Assembly (NCBI GenBank): GCA_037379345.1
Contig: CM074512.1
Span: 24,180,001-24,244,000, forward strand
DNA length: 64,000 bases
Reading direction: 5' to 3'
DNA from: Perna viridis
Lineage: Eukaryota
In this document: positions 51,771 to 64,000 of the stretch, one piece after another
How the letters are laid out: the number at the start of each line of letters is the position of its first letter
Position numbering within the stretch: position 1 is the first letter of the stretch
The notes under the pieces: model-generated
What the model saw: the letters and a program-made list of their open reading frames with translations, nothing else
Databases searched by the model: none
What the model was told of the DNA's origin: nothing
Position numbers and translations under genes: made by a program

Positions 51771-54700
51771 GTAAATAGTTCAGGTTATGACACTTATTTT
51801 GACCATATTATTACTGGGGTGGTGAGGGGGATTCTGGATTTCAGGTATTTATTTTGCTGTCAGTTGACTACATGTTCATTGTATGGGCAATACTCTTAGC
51901 ATCTTGTTCTGTAAGATAAAAAGGATTTTTATACCTTTGTCATTTCTTTAGAATTTGGGCATATTAAATTGCTTTGAAAATATTTATGTAAAAAGCATTG
52001 TGTACTTTATAAAATTACATTGGTACACTTATTAGTTGTACCCTTTCTTTTGACTCCATTGAAAGAAAGAATAGGGACTGTTACATGTATAAACTCTACC
52101 TTAGTAAGTACTCTACATGTATATTATTGACCAACAGGAAACTCATTTGCAATACATGTATTCTTTCTGAAATGACATTTTGTGACATGATATATGTATG
52201 TTTGAATACTTCTAAGTGACACATATATCTTATGAGTATACCCCAGCTGTAAAGTGAAATGTCAAACCTTAATTAAAGGCATGTTTTATTATTGTCTGTT
52301 AACTTTTCAACCATTTTGTATTGTTGTATGGTGAGTTAACTTACTGATCGGATAAACATTGTTTATTTAAAAGGAAAAACATAATGTATTTTTTGTCAGA
52401 TATCTTAGATACTATAAATCGATAACTTTGGTCAAGTGGAAAAGGTTTCAATTAGCAAAGTTTAATTTTCAGTTCTTTTTGACAGAGGTTAGAAAAGGCT
52501 GTTAAAATCTTTTATATCATATTACCTTAGAATGTACTGTGAAACCTGTTAAAACCAATATCTACAGAAGAGAAAAAAATGATCGATTAAAGCAATTAAC
52601 TGTTGTTTACATAGGGTTGTAATGTATTATACTAACTTATTTGGAATGAAAGAAATAATATTGGTTTTGATATTTGCTGGATGGTTTGGTTTTACTGTAT
52701 TCCCATCTATCAACAAGCTCAGGCACTGGTCTGTTAATGTGTTGATTTTTGTGTTTACATATAGATCAGTAAATATTGTGCTAATATGGAGTGGCATAAG
52801 TCCAAATATACCCCCTTGTGACAATAGTAACATGACCTTAAATATCCCACCAGCAGTTTATTATTTCAATTAAAACCCTTTATTTTGTTTAGTTGCATTA
52901 TTTTCTCAGTTACTTATCAGATTTTGTAGACATTCTTGTAAATACTTTATTCATTTTTTTAATACTGTACATAATTAAACATTTAGGATGTACACATAAT
53001 ATTAAGGGAAGAAGTATACACAACTCTGATGTTTTAAATGACCTGTTACATGTATGTTTATAAGGACTCAGTTCATTGTTGAAATGAGTAGGCCTTCGTG
53101 CTTAATTTTAGCACTATAGTATGTATTAAAATCAGAATTGATTAATCGAATTTCATTCAATGCTTGATTATTTGTCAAATAAAAAAAAAATTGTGGATGG
53201 CCCTCACCACTGGTTTAGTAAATGTTTTATTTTATTCATGTACAAAACAAAACAATGTGTATCAAGCTGAGGATAATGTTACAAGCATTACAGCATTAGG
53301 AATATTAAGCTTGTTTATATTATCTGTATTATGTATGAATTTGGTTAAAAATTAAGGGTGAACCCCTCTGCCTCTTAGTGAAAAATGGTTGACAACAGAT
53401 GATAATATATGTACCTATGTTCCAAACATACATGTATGTGTATTTCGACTATAGGCATATGGTGTATACATGTACATGTATGTATTTGCATATCTGTATG
53501 ATCAAATTGTGCACATCAACTAATTGTCTTAATCTGTGTTAAGTTCTCTTTTCCTATAAATTTAAAATTTTATAACAAAAACTTCCATTTATTTAACATA
53601 ATGTCATATAGATATCAGGTATCAGTAAAACACTGACTCAACACCTACATGTACATGTATAGATATGAGAGGTTATATTCATGCATTTCCATTTTCATAT
53701 ACTTTCAAAATTTGTCCACTTAAATTTCCTGATCAGTGTTCATGTTGTGTATCAATCTAGTGAAGCCATTCTAGTCTGACTGTACCATATAACAAGATGC
53801 ATCTTTTCCATGTTGAAACACTTATACATATATGTATATACATGTACATGTATAATTTCTCATTGGTATAACATATCAATAAATGGCCATCTTGGAACAC
53901 TCAGTTGGTCTATCTAGTACTTTGGGCCTTTATAATGATAAGGTGTTCATTCATATCAAACATATTTAAACATTATTAACTTTTTTTTGTGAATACATGA
54001 TTTAGAATGTTGCATTTGTAAGTATATTGTCCAAATATGCTGTCATCTCTAAGATAATAAACATTTATAAAAAAGGAGAACTTAAGTGTCAGAGAAATGT
54101 TGTTTTTTTCTTCTACATATACATTTGTACATGTATTCAAAGAATCAATAATATATGGTTTTTGACATTATTAGTCTTGTTTAAAATCAATGACTGATGT
54201 TCATTTGAATTAATACTTCAGGGATCCACCGTATGTTACTGAGTAACCAGAAAATTATACTTCATGTTTATTTATGTAGAACTTAGTTATTGTCTTAATT
54301 TTATCATTATTTTGCTAATGCATACACTTGATATTCTCAACTCTTCTTCTTCATTCAAAACAATAGAATATTCAGCATGGATTACACTTCTACATGGAAT
54401 GATATTCTCCTTTTTCACATATAATGCTTTATTTTATTGTATGGAAAACAGAAACAGCTGATACCTACTTATTCCCTCCGCTTCAGGGAATCTCTCAAGT
54501 TGAAACCAGAAGCTACTGATAGTTTTTTCTTTACTCAACATTTTGTTGAGATACATGTAAGTGAGATTCTCAGGCCTGTAATATGAGGTAGAGGTTTCAC
54601 TGACTAGATTAAACCATCAACTGATGCCCAGTGATTTAGGAATGGGAACTGGTACACATTCTAAATAGGTTGCATAGAGACACTAACAAGTGTAATAGGA

Positions 54701-55605
54701 AACTTCATGTACCTGTGTATCTTGAAGCAACTATTTCTGGCATAAAAGACTTTTTACTTTTTGAAATACGTGTGCATGTAGTTGACTACTGTTGTTCTGT
54801 AAAAGGCATGAGATGTGATTTGACATAGAACATCTAAACTTGAGTTTCTTATTTTTTTGTCTTGACATTTATTGTTGAAATATTTGTTTGACACTTCAGT
54901 TTTAAAGAAACGCCTTCAGTACTCAATTTGTAGATTCACAATTTGAATTTAATGTGATGATATCAAACTAATCAAGGTTTCAAATTAGCTACAATCTTAA
55001 GCAGACCCTGGTTTTGTAAACTACATATTAACATTTTCAATGTCATTTATAATAAAGAGGGATTTATAGAAAGTTTATTCCTAAATGTGTACAAGTTTTA
55101 ATTATATAATCTGCATGTAATGAGTACAGTATTTTTTTTTTTTTATGTATGCCTATTTTCACAGACAGGACTTGGTATGATATACCATTGTCAGTCTGCC
55201 AATCTGTCTATACATTGTTCACACTTTTGACAATAAGGATTGATGCACGATTTACTATGATTTATATAAATTTCTGATTTTACTTTTTTAAGTTAGGCCC
55301 TTCAAAGTAAATTTCGTGGTTTTCAGGCCATTTTTCATTAAATCCAAGTGGAAAATGAGGCATTAATTTTTTATCATTTTATTATTTCCTCATAACTGAT
55401 GATAGAACTTTTTGAATTGTTCATCAACAGAAAAAAATGATGAAGGTCTTTTTTTCATTGTATTGATATGGCCAGAGGAAAGACCTAAGAATCAAGTAAT
55501 TAACTTTATGTGACCATATAGGACTTGATTGAAAAAAGTTTTTAGACATTAACTCAAAAATGCTTTCAGTATGTTTTTGGGTTTGGATAAATTTCTGATT
55601 TAAGT

Positions 55606-55797
55606 ACTGTAAACATACTAATTTACGCTTTTTTCATGGTGGACACAAAAGCGTGAAAAATAGTATCTGTTAAATTGGTTTTTAACACTGTACAACATTT
55701 ATCTTTTTTTAAACTAGGAAAATTTATACCCATGAATATATTCAATTGATTGAATCTGCAAAAATTTGCAACTGCGAAAATTAATACATAACAGTAT
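55606..55797. mobile_element. Tc1/mariner-type MITE remnant
   Basis: tactgtaaacatactaatttacgc ... gcgaaaattaatacataacagta, TA-flanked imperfect TIRs. Confidence 0.5.
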
Positions 55798-56029
55798 TCT
55801 GAGTAATGGGAGTCAATCTGACAGAGAAATAGACATATCATACACTGATGGTGCAACGTAAAACTAAACACAACACTGAATTTTAGATACAACATTGCTT
55901 ATAACATTACCATCCCATATTTGGTTATGACAGCATTGCTTTTTTGTTTAATGTTTATGATCAAATATTGAAATAGTGTCTTGTCTAAATGAACAAATTA
56001 TCTTAAACCATTGATTTTTATACTTACAG

Positions 56030-56119
56030 TATTGATCAAGTGAACAATTTAAGAGAAATACAAGCCATGAGACGACTAAGTCCTCATTCTAATATCCTGG
56101 AATTACAGGAGGTCATATT
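56030..56119 (+). CDS. MOK: MOK exon 3
   Basis: ttacag|...|gtaagt. (S)IDQVNNLREIQAMRRLSPHSNILELQEVI. 90 nt, phases consistent. Confidence 0.95.
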
Positions 56120-57702
56120 GTAAGTACTCAAACTACTCAAATGCTCTACTAAACAGAACATGACAGATTCATTGTATAGACAAATGTGATCCCAGCAATG
56201 TGTGCATGCTCCTTTGTAAATCCCTTTGATTTAACTTCAACCTTACAGTTAATTACTGTTCTATTTCATTTAAAAATTGAACACTTTACAAAGAATGCTA
56301 AGAAGTTGTGTAACTGGTAAGCATGAATTCAAGGATCTGACTGAATCCAGTATAACCTCAATGAACTATAAATATTTTATTCATATTATACAACAATTTT
56401 GTCTTAAATATAAAGATTGGTAATTTTCACTTTTTCTTATAAGTAATACACAAGAAGCACACTAAATAGATGTAAATTGCATCACGAAATAAACCATTTT
56501 TGAAAATCATTAAAATTAAACACAGAGAAGATTTCAAAGGTATTTATTCCACATGTAGATAATTTGATACCTATAACATGGTATGTACTAATATAACCTA
56601 TTGTTGCTATTGAAAACACTTACATTAAGTGGTTTATAATAAATTGGTGCTTAATTAGAAATTCAGTGTTAAATATGCATGAACACTGTGATTGCAATAG
56701 TTCAGGTTTTCATTAGGCATGAGGCTTCAACAGTAATGTTTGTTTTGCAGAATATATCTGTATCAGATCAAAACATGATATTGTTCTATGGTATACCAAA
56801 TTAACAACCTCTTAATAAGATATATGTGTTTAAAACATCACAATTACTATCAATAACCTATCTTTAGATGTCATTGTTGGTTTAAATGGCTACAACTTCA
56901 GCTGGAACGTGTGTTAGAGGTTTCAGTGTTTCTAATTGTCATTACAATGCTTACTCATACTATTTTAGATTCTTTTAACACATTCAAGTCACAAAGAATT
57001 TTATATGGAACAATATTTGTCTTTACTTTCGTCATTTTCCTGTTTTTAATCCGTTCTGTTTTTTTGTGGATAGTAGACATAACACTCGTTAATTTATGGC
57101 ATTATCCTTGTTCTTATTTACCTACATGTACTTTTTAAACAGCTGCAAGACATTTGCAGTTGTATAATAGTGTGGCCCTGTTGTGGTTCGCATCATGGTC
57201 TGTAAGACTTTATTTTCTGAGGAGAGCATAAATATTAGATAGTTGATCTTAATGAAATTTATTAAAAAGTTTACAAACCACAATTGGAAGGTTGTTATTA
57301 ATTTCTGCCCTAATGGTTGTGGAACGAGGGGCCAAAACAAGAATTTCACAAAAGAAAAGTTGAGATTCAATGTGGGGCTTTTGGCAAGAGTTGTGGTAAA
57401 ATGAGTCTGCACCAATTTTCTTTTTTCTCATAGACAATAGCTTTAGTGTAAGTGTACACTTCACTTCAAACTTGAACAAAAATGTTTCGTATTACAAATG
57501 GAACGATTGGAGGGGAATAATGGGTTTAATGGGAAAAGAAAAAGGGGCACAGAAATAGTTTTAAAAAAAGAGCAAAGTTTAGTGTAAATTACTTATTTGT
57601 TGATCAGGGATTAAACTTACAAATTCAATAGTAAATCATGACTTTCACTCAGCACTTCTCAAATTACACATGTTTGACATAACTTATTTTGTTTCTTTTC
57701 AG

Positions 57703-57773
57703 TGACAAAAAATCAGGCACCTTAGTTCTTATATGTGAGTTAATGGATATGAATATTTATGAATTAATTAGAG
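57703..57773 (+). CDS. MOK: MOK exon 4
   Basis: tttcag|...|gtaagt. (F)DKKSGTLVLICELMDMNIYELIR. 71 nt. Confidence 0.95.
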
Positions 57774-59150
57774 GTAAGTTAAGAGAGAACAAACTTTTAC
57801 AATAGATTTATCTAATTATTCAGAGATTAAGGAAAATTTGTTATTAAAATACTGGTGTACCAAATTGTGTGTTATACCGTTTTTTGTGTCTTGAAATGAA
57901 CTTGATTTTGGAGTGACACATGATGTGTTCAGTTCAGGCTTAGTTTACACATGTTTAAGATACATAAAAAAAATGGTTGAACTGTTAGCCAGTTTGTTAA
58001 TGGTTTGATCTTAACATGCTTTTAATGATTTTTTTTTATTCTCATATGAATATTTCATTGGATCTTGATTTTCAACAAAAATGTCATCAAAAAGTTTTGT
58101 GCCTTGCTTTACATAGCCCTCTTATCCGGAAATCCTGGATTCACATCTGTGTAGGTGTTAACACATTGGTTGTTTTTTTTTTCATTTTGATAAGTAGATA
58201 TAAGCTTTATTATTTGTGAAGAAGGCCTTTAAAATTCCTGAAGTATTTCCTTATTTTTTTTAAATTTTTTTTTTTTAGCATTTTGCCCTATAATATACCC
58301 TAAATTTTCTCAAAATGTTGCTTGAAAACCTGTAATATCTAACAGACTGTAACAAAAAGTATTAAAAAGTAGCTGCATGTATATAACACCTCTTGACATA
58401 AACATTGTTAAGTCATTAAAGATACCTTAATTGTTTGGGGGTAAATTGTTAAATTATTTTAAATGATTTGTCAGACCACATTTAAATGTTGTCAGTACAC
58501 TGGTTTTTTACCCATTTTCTCAAAATCAATAGAAACAAGTATTATGCAAAAATATCATTTTCCTGAATTTAAATACATTGTAAATGACTTAAGTGTTTTT
58601 GTTAGTCCTTATTCTGTAGCAACCACCACAATAGTAGGAAGCAACTAATTGGTAGAGATTGATTTAATGACATTTGAAGCTCAAGTTTAATTACGTTGAT
58701 ATTGTGTAAAAAATTGATGTAACTTTGTGGCTTTATAGGGACTGGAGCAGTTTAAATTATATCAAACCATACTGACAAAAAAAAACTACATTGAAGATTG
58801 AAAATCCTCTTAGGAGTTTTTTAAACAGCACTGTCAAGAAATGCTTGTGAGACAATGATCCATGGAGCAAAATTCTGAAGAAAATAATTTAATTTCAAAG
58901 TTATTTCCAACTTTATGAAGTACTTCATATTGTGTTGTTATGATATGCCCTCCTGAATGTGATATTTAAAAAAAAACTTGTATGAAATGTTGATGCTACA
59001 TGATACCATAGATATTGTTTTGCTAGAAGACCATTAAAGTATTGTATTGATAATTTTGATAAACAATAATGTACTGGGTTTTATTATCAAGCATGCTAAA
59101 TAAAACTAATGATAAAACATTATTTAGAATTGATTTTATGACATTTTCAG

Positions 59151-59229
59151 GGAAACGGCATTATTTACCAGAACGTAAAGTCAAACATTATATGTATCAA
59201 TTGTTAAAATCAGTTGAACATATGCATCG
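59151..59229 (+). CDS. MOK: MOK exon 5
   Basis: tttcag|...|gtaaga. (G)KRHYLPERKVKHYMYQLLKSVEHMH. 79 nt. Confidence 0.95.
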
Positions 59230-62200
59230 GTAAGAGAACTGGTGTATATTCTGTATGTTCTGTAGGAACTTATATCATGGTACTGGTATAAAGCTAATGG
59301 AATACATTTTGTTCTGTTAAAGATGTGACTCTGGTTTTAGTGTCCAATCTTAAGTTAATTTTAGATTGTCAGAATTTTGCAGTGAAATGGCAAATAAATA
59401 AGGGTTCAAGATATGATACAGAATGCCCTTTCCTTGTAAAAAAAAACACCTTTGAGCCTTTTGAACTGAGAATTATCCCAAACCAAAAACATCAATATTC
59501 AAAGTACCAAGAATTGAAGCAAACTAACATCCATATGAACCCAAAAGTTTCAGCTTCCTAAATTGTATCCAGACATAGTTGCTGTATCTTTTGCTGTTTT
59601 TTTGAAGTGGAAAATATTTATTTTCCTTGACTGAAAACTGCCTTCATAGTCATATCATTTTGTCTATTGACAAATATAGAATCATGTTATTAATAGGTGG
59701 TATACAGGTGCCCCGAAAATCATAATTATACTGATGATGGAGGGTACATGATAGACCTTCCAAGAGTGTACATGTATGCATATAGCTGAGAATTTCTGAT
59801 CCTTAAAGGTGTTGCACCCTTATAACATATCCAAAATGTACTGCTGTAATGGAATATCTGGTCCTTGAATAAGGAGAAATAAAGCTAATATAACCTATGA
59901 TGTGAAAAGGTTCCCTTTAATTGTTAATTTCATTTTTCTGTATAATCACCTTTAGTTTTCAAGGTTTGACTATTTATCATTGCTGTCAACCCTATTCTTC
60001 TAGAGTATCTATATAAAACAACTTTTGTTTTTCTTCTGTCTGGAATATAAGAGCTTCTTTTTTTTTATTTATAGAAACTTGTTTAGTATAGTTTTATTTC
60101 CATAACATACTACATATTACAGTAGCAGAATGTCTTTATACAATAAGTACCAGTACCGTGATATTAGTTCATACACTGTATAATCTTTGTAGCACTGTTC
60201 TATATTTTCTTGTGTTTTGTAGCACGTTTCCATACCTCTATCTTTATACTAGTCAATCAGACTTTGAATTTCAAATGAAAGATACCAAGGTACTTCTAGA
60301 CTACAGATACTCCAAGGGTTATACAATTAACTCGTTGAATGTCATGAAAAACTCTATAAGTAGAAAGAAAACATTTGTTTACTGCTTTTAGAAAGTAAAC
60401 TTAGTCTATATTGATACATTTTATAACAGAAAGGATTCATTTTAACAAACAAATATATTCCTTTACCTACTTTCAAAAGTAACATTTTGACATAAAAGAC
60501 TTTGTCGATTTTTGAATCCTTGAATAAAGTTTGTATGAAAGTATCCAATTAAATATACTGCAACAGAATCAATTTTTAAAAGGATTATTTGACAAACCAG
60601 ATCTTATAGAATATTAAGTGTAAATCTATTCAAGATTCTACCATTAATAATGTGCTGAATATTCTATCAGGTACAACCAGTGAGGCATGTTAGCAATGTC
60701 TGATATCTTAAAAGCTTGTGGTCCATTAAAAGCTTGATGTTTGTTTTTCTATAAACTTATGCTTCCATGAATTACATTAATGTTTTATGATACACCAGAT
60801 TATTATTATTCGGTAACTAGTTTGAAGCTTTGCTGGAATGTTGAACTGTTGATCTGGTTTATGATTCAGTGTTATTTCTTCCTGCTCTTGGACATTGGAT
60901 AATTAAAATATATAGAAGTGCACACCTTTAACCTCTAAATTATTACTTCTACTGTGTATTCAATAAATAGTTTGATTTATAATATAACTACATGTAAGAC
61001 CTAAAATAGATGACATTTATTTTAATGTTTTCTACAAATATTTAACTTAAAACTCTTAATTAAGGTATAATATTATAAGATTCGTTGAGTCAGTTTGATG
61101 ACTTTCTATTCACTTATTCCAATCACCCATCAGTGTTGTCTGTCAGTCTATAAACAGAGCCATGTTTAATCAAATGAAATGTTTGTTCATAATATATTAA
61201 GATTGAAAAGTGACCTGGAAGTTCATGAAATAAGCCTTTTTCAAAGCTTTTCATAATCTGTAGTTAAGAATTACCTTGGTAACTTAGGCTTTGGTCATAT
61301 AAAAATTCTATATATAATCTTTGGTGCTGGGGAGGGTTTCTTTTATGATATATACAATTTTACTGCAGAATGTAAATTTTCAATATCTGAAATCAAAAGA
61401 AAGTATCACACCCAATGTTTGAATATATGGCTAATAATCATAAAAGTTATGTTATTTACAGGGATAAATATATTTGAGACACAAGTGATCATTTTTAGAT
61501 AGAAAATTTAACATTATCCCTTAGAAAACTGAAAATGGTCCAATACTTCTTTTCCAACTACTGTATTTACACTAAACTAATTGTGCATTTAGAATTGAAT
61601 TCAGATGTGAAGATTTTACATTTAGATGAGCCAGATGCCTATTTCTTCTATACACTTATAATCACTGTAGCTAGCATAAATGCACGATTGTTTTTCTTTT
61701 TGCACAGACAAACAGCACTATATGCCTGAAAATGTTGTAAAAAATTACATGTATCAGCTGCTAAGATCTGTAGCTCATATGCATAGGTATGTAGCCAAGG
61801 ATTGCCATCAAGTGTGATAACCTGCTTAATGTGGCATTCCAGTCTTGATTTTTTTTTATTGATTTTTCAATTGAAGAAATGAGAATGATTTTAATGACCT
61901 AGGAGGTATTGTAGACTGAAAGACAGAATAAGATCTGATGAGGGATCTCTGTCAACAATAAGTAAGATTTATAACACAGTTCAGTTTGTCTCTAGTCCTT
62001 TCCATCTGTGTGGTTATATTGTAAATATATAACATATATAATTCTTTAAGTTAAAGATTAAACACACATGGAAGTTGTTCAAGAAATGAATTGCGAAATG
62101 TAGCACAAAGATTGGGTATCAATTTATGCTTTTCAGTTTTACAATTACCTTTAAAGGTATTATTGAGACATTTCCCTGTCAAATTTGAAGTATGATATCT

Positions 62201-62647
62201 ATTTGAAAGTCTAAAATCACTAAACTTTCTGATTTTAATCACCTTTTATATAGTTCTTGTTGCATATAATTTTTTTTTCCCACTGAAATGTTATGAGCTT
62301 GTGTGTTTTTTTTTATCAAATTTAATGTGTGAAATAGATCTACCTTCTCACTTAAGTGACAGTGTTTCATGTAAATGACTTATCACCTTTCTTACCTAAA
62401 AGTTTTCAATGTTACACATTCTTATCATTTTCAACTCTAAAAATGGTTTGTTTTTAGACCAAGGAATTTGGTATCATTAGATTAAACTGCCAATATAGGA
62501 CTTGTTTTACAAACAAATATGACATTAGTTCTCTCATGATAACTATCTTCATTAAAACCAATTATTGCACTTGAAGTTTACTGTATGATGGTTAAAGGTA
62601 GTTGTAATTATCAAAACTTTAATAAGACACCAAGTAATAACATTACA

Positions 62648-62766
62648 CAGTAAAACCTGTCTAAACTGAACTGGACTTTAATATTGGTTTGATTTAAACA
62701 GGTTTAAAATACAGTTTAGACAGGATTTTTTTGTATTATTCAGCTTGGTTAAGACTGGTTATACTG
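62648..62766. mobile_element. pogo/Tc1-type MITE remnant
   Basis: cagtaaaacctgtctaaac ... gttaagactggttatactg(ta), imperfect TIRs. Confidence 0.5.
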
Positions 62767-62848
62767 TAAAACTTAATTCTAATGTTTATTGCTACTAATT
62801 GTAGTCTCACCAACTCATATGGAATATGGTTTGCTCTTTCTTTTTCAG

Positions 62849-62897
62849 GCATGGTATTTTTCATAGAGATGTAAAACCTGAAAATATATTAATCAAA
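62849..62897 (+). CDS. MOK: MOK exon 6 (catalytic loop)
   Basis: tttcag|...|gtaaga. (R)HGIFHRDVKPENILIK. 49 nt. Confidence 0.95.
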
Positions 62898-63988
62898 GTA
62901 AGATTTCTTATCTGTTTTTACAATGTAATTTTGGTCAATAGTCACATAAGGTATTTAGTATTATGGCAACAATTTCTTTATTTATTAATAAGCAAGAACA
63001 ATATATCAGTTCATTTACAAAACGAATTATTAATTATTTTGGATAATTACATTTTTATGTTATTGCTGTTTCATTTTATGTATTTAAAAGCTTGTTAATT
63101 TGTTTGAAACTGTCATGAACTTTTAATAATCAATTGAAAGACCTGTCTTTTATCTCTATTAAGTTAATATCTTCAATTAGTGAAATTAAACATTTGATAG
63201 AATTAAAATGCTAATTATCTGATTAATTTAAATTTTTTTTTGAATTTGTGGATGGAGTCAGTTTTGATCATCTCAACAACATCACATCTTGTCCTGTAGG
63301 GTTTACTGGAATATTTCATGTTTTCACTTCAAAACTGCTGTCATTCTGTATCATAAGTATTAATTTACCTATAGCCCGTGAGCATGTAATTTTAGAACTG
63401 AGGATATCAAGTCTTTACTCATTTCTACAGATAAATCTATCTTGTACATTTTATAACCATGGATCTGTCCTTCAGGCTTTTAAATTACTTTCAATATTTC
63501 AATGGTTAAGACTTTGGAAAATGGATGCTGTGCAAAAAAAAATGGAGCTGTTACCAAACGCTGAAAGAAACCTTTGTCATCTGGAGGATGATTAGGCCCA
63601 AATAGCTATTGTACTTTTTATTTGCGCACAAGTTTTAATTAACTTTATAGACCTCTCATAACTATTTTGATAGTTTTTGGCTTCAAGCCAGAATATTATG
63701 TAATGTATTTGTTGTTTGTTTTCTTTTGCATATGTGTTTTAGCAACATAAGTAAATATGTACCATCTGACATTAAATAAAGCAACTCCCACTTGTGTATT
63801 TTAACACTTTAATGTTAATCATGCCTGTATATCAAACTATTGATTTTACTAAGACCCCCAAAAGAAGGTTAACCTAGTTTAAATCTCCTATTAATCTTTT
63901 TGTATTGGTTTATATTTATTCATCTGAGATCAACTTATATATATAAATATGTTTATATTAAGTTACATATTCTTATATTTTTTTTCAG

Positions 63989-64000
63989 GAAGACCTGTTA
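63989..64000 (+). CDS. MOK: Start of MOK exon 7 (truncated by window end)
   Basis: ttttttcag|GAA GAC CTG TTA = EDLL, phase 0, just before the expected KLxDFG motif. Confidence 0.8.

Noticed and set aside
62826-63098. 90-aa ORF as a standalone kinase gene
   Set aside because: Only 62849-62897 is coding (MOK exon 6). The rest is intron read-through.

Overview
AT-rich animal genomic DNA with spliceosomal introns. The repeat families look like those of bivalve molluscs (probably a mytilid; this is recognition from memory, not a search). There are two well-supported + strand genes. One is a PAR/giant/CES-2-type bZIP transcription factor (main coding exon 31155-32191). The other is the 5' half of a MOK (MAPK/MAK/MRK-overlapping) kinase (probable exon 1 at 46090-46129, exons 2-7 from 51656 to the window end). 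A third gene probably starts near 3402 on the - strand and runs off the left edge. The rest is mostly transposon debris: a 5'-truncated CR1-like LINE, a Neptune-type Penelope-like element carrying a minimal hammerhead ribozyme, an Academ-like foldback, Helentron/HINE-type elements, MITEs, minisatellites and a complex local duplication. The most unusual object is a ~500-bp retroposon present twice (42146-42642 and 46471-46988), each copy with a 14-bp target-site duplication. It has no tRNA-type head. Instead it starts at a fixed position with an H-type pseudoknot plus an internal-loop hairpin, followed by a string of GC-rich hairpins, which makes it a candidate uncharacterised functional RNA (possibly a ribozyme). 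Most short ORFs in the supplied track are spurious.
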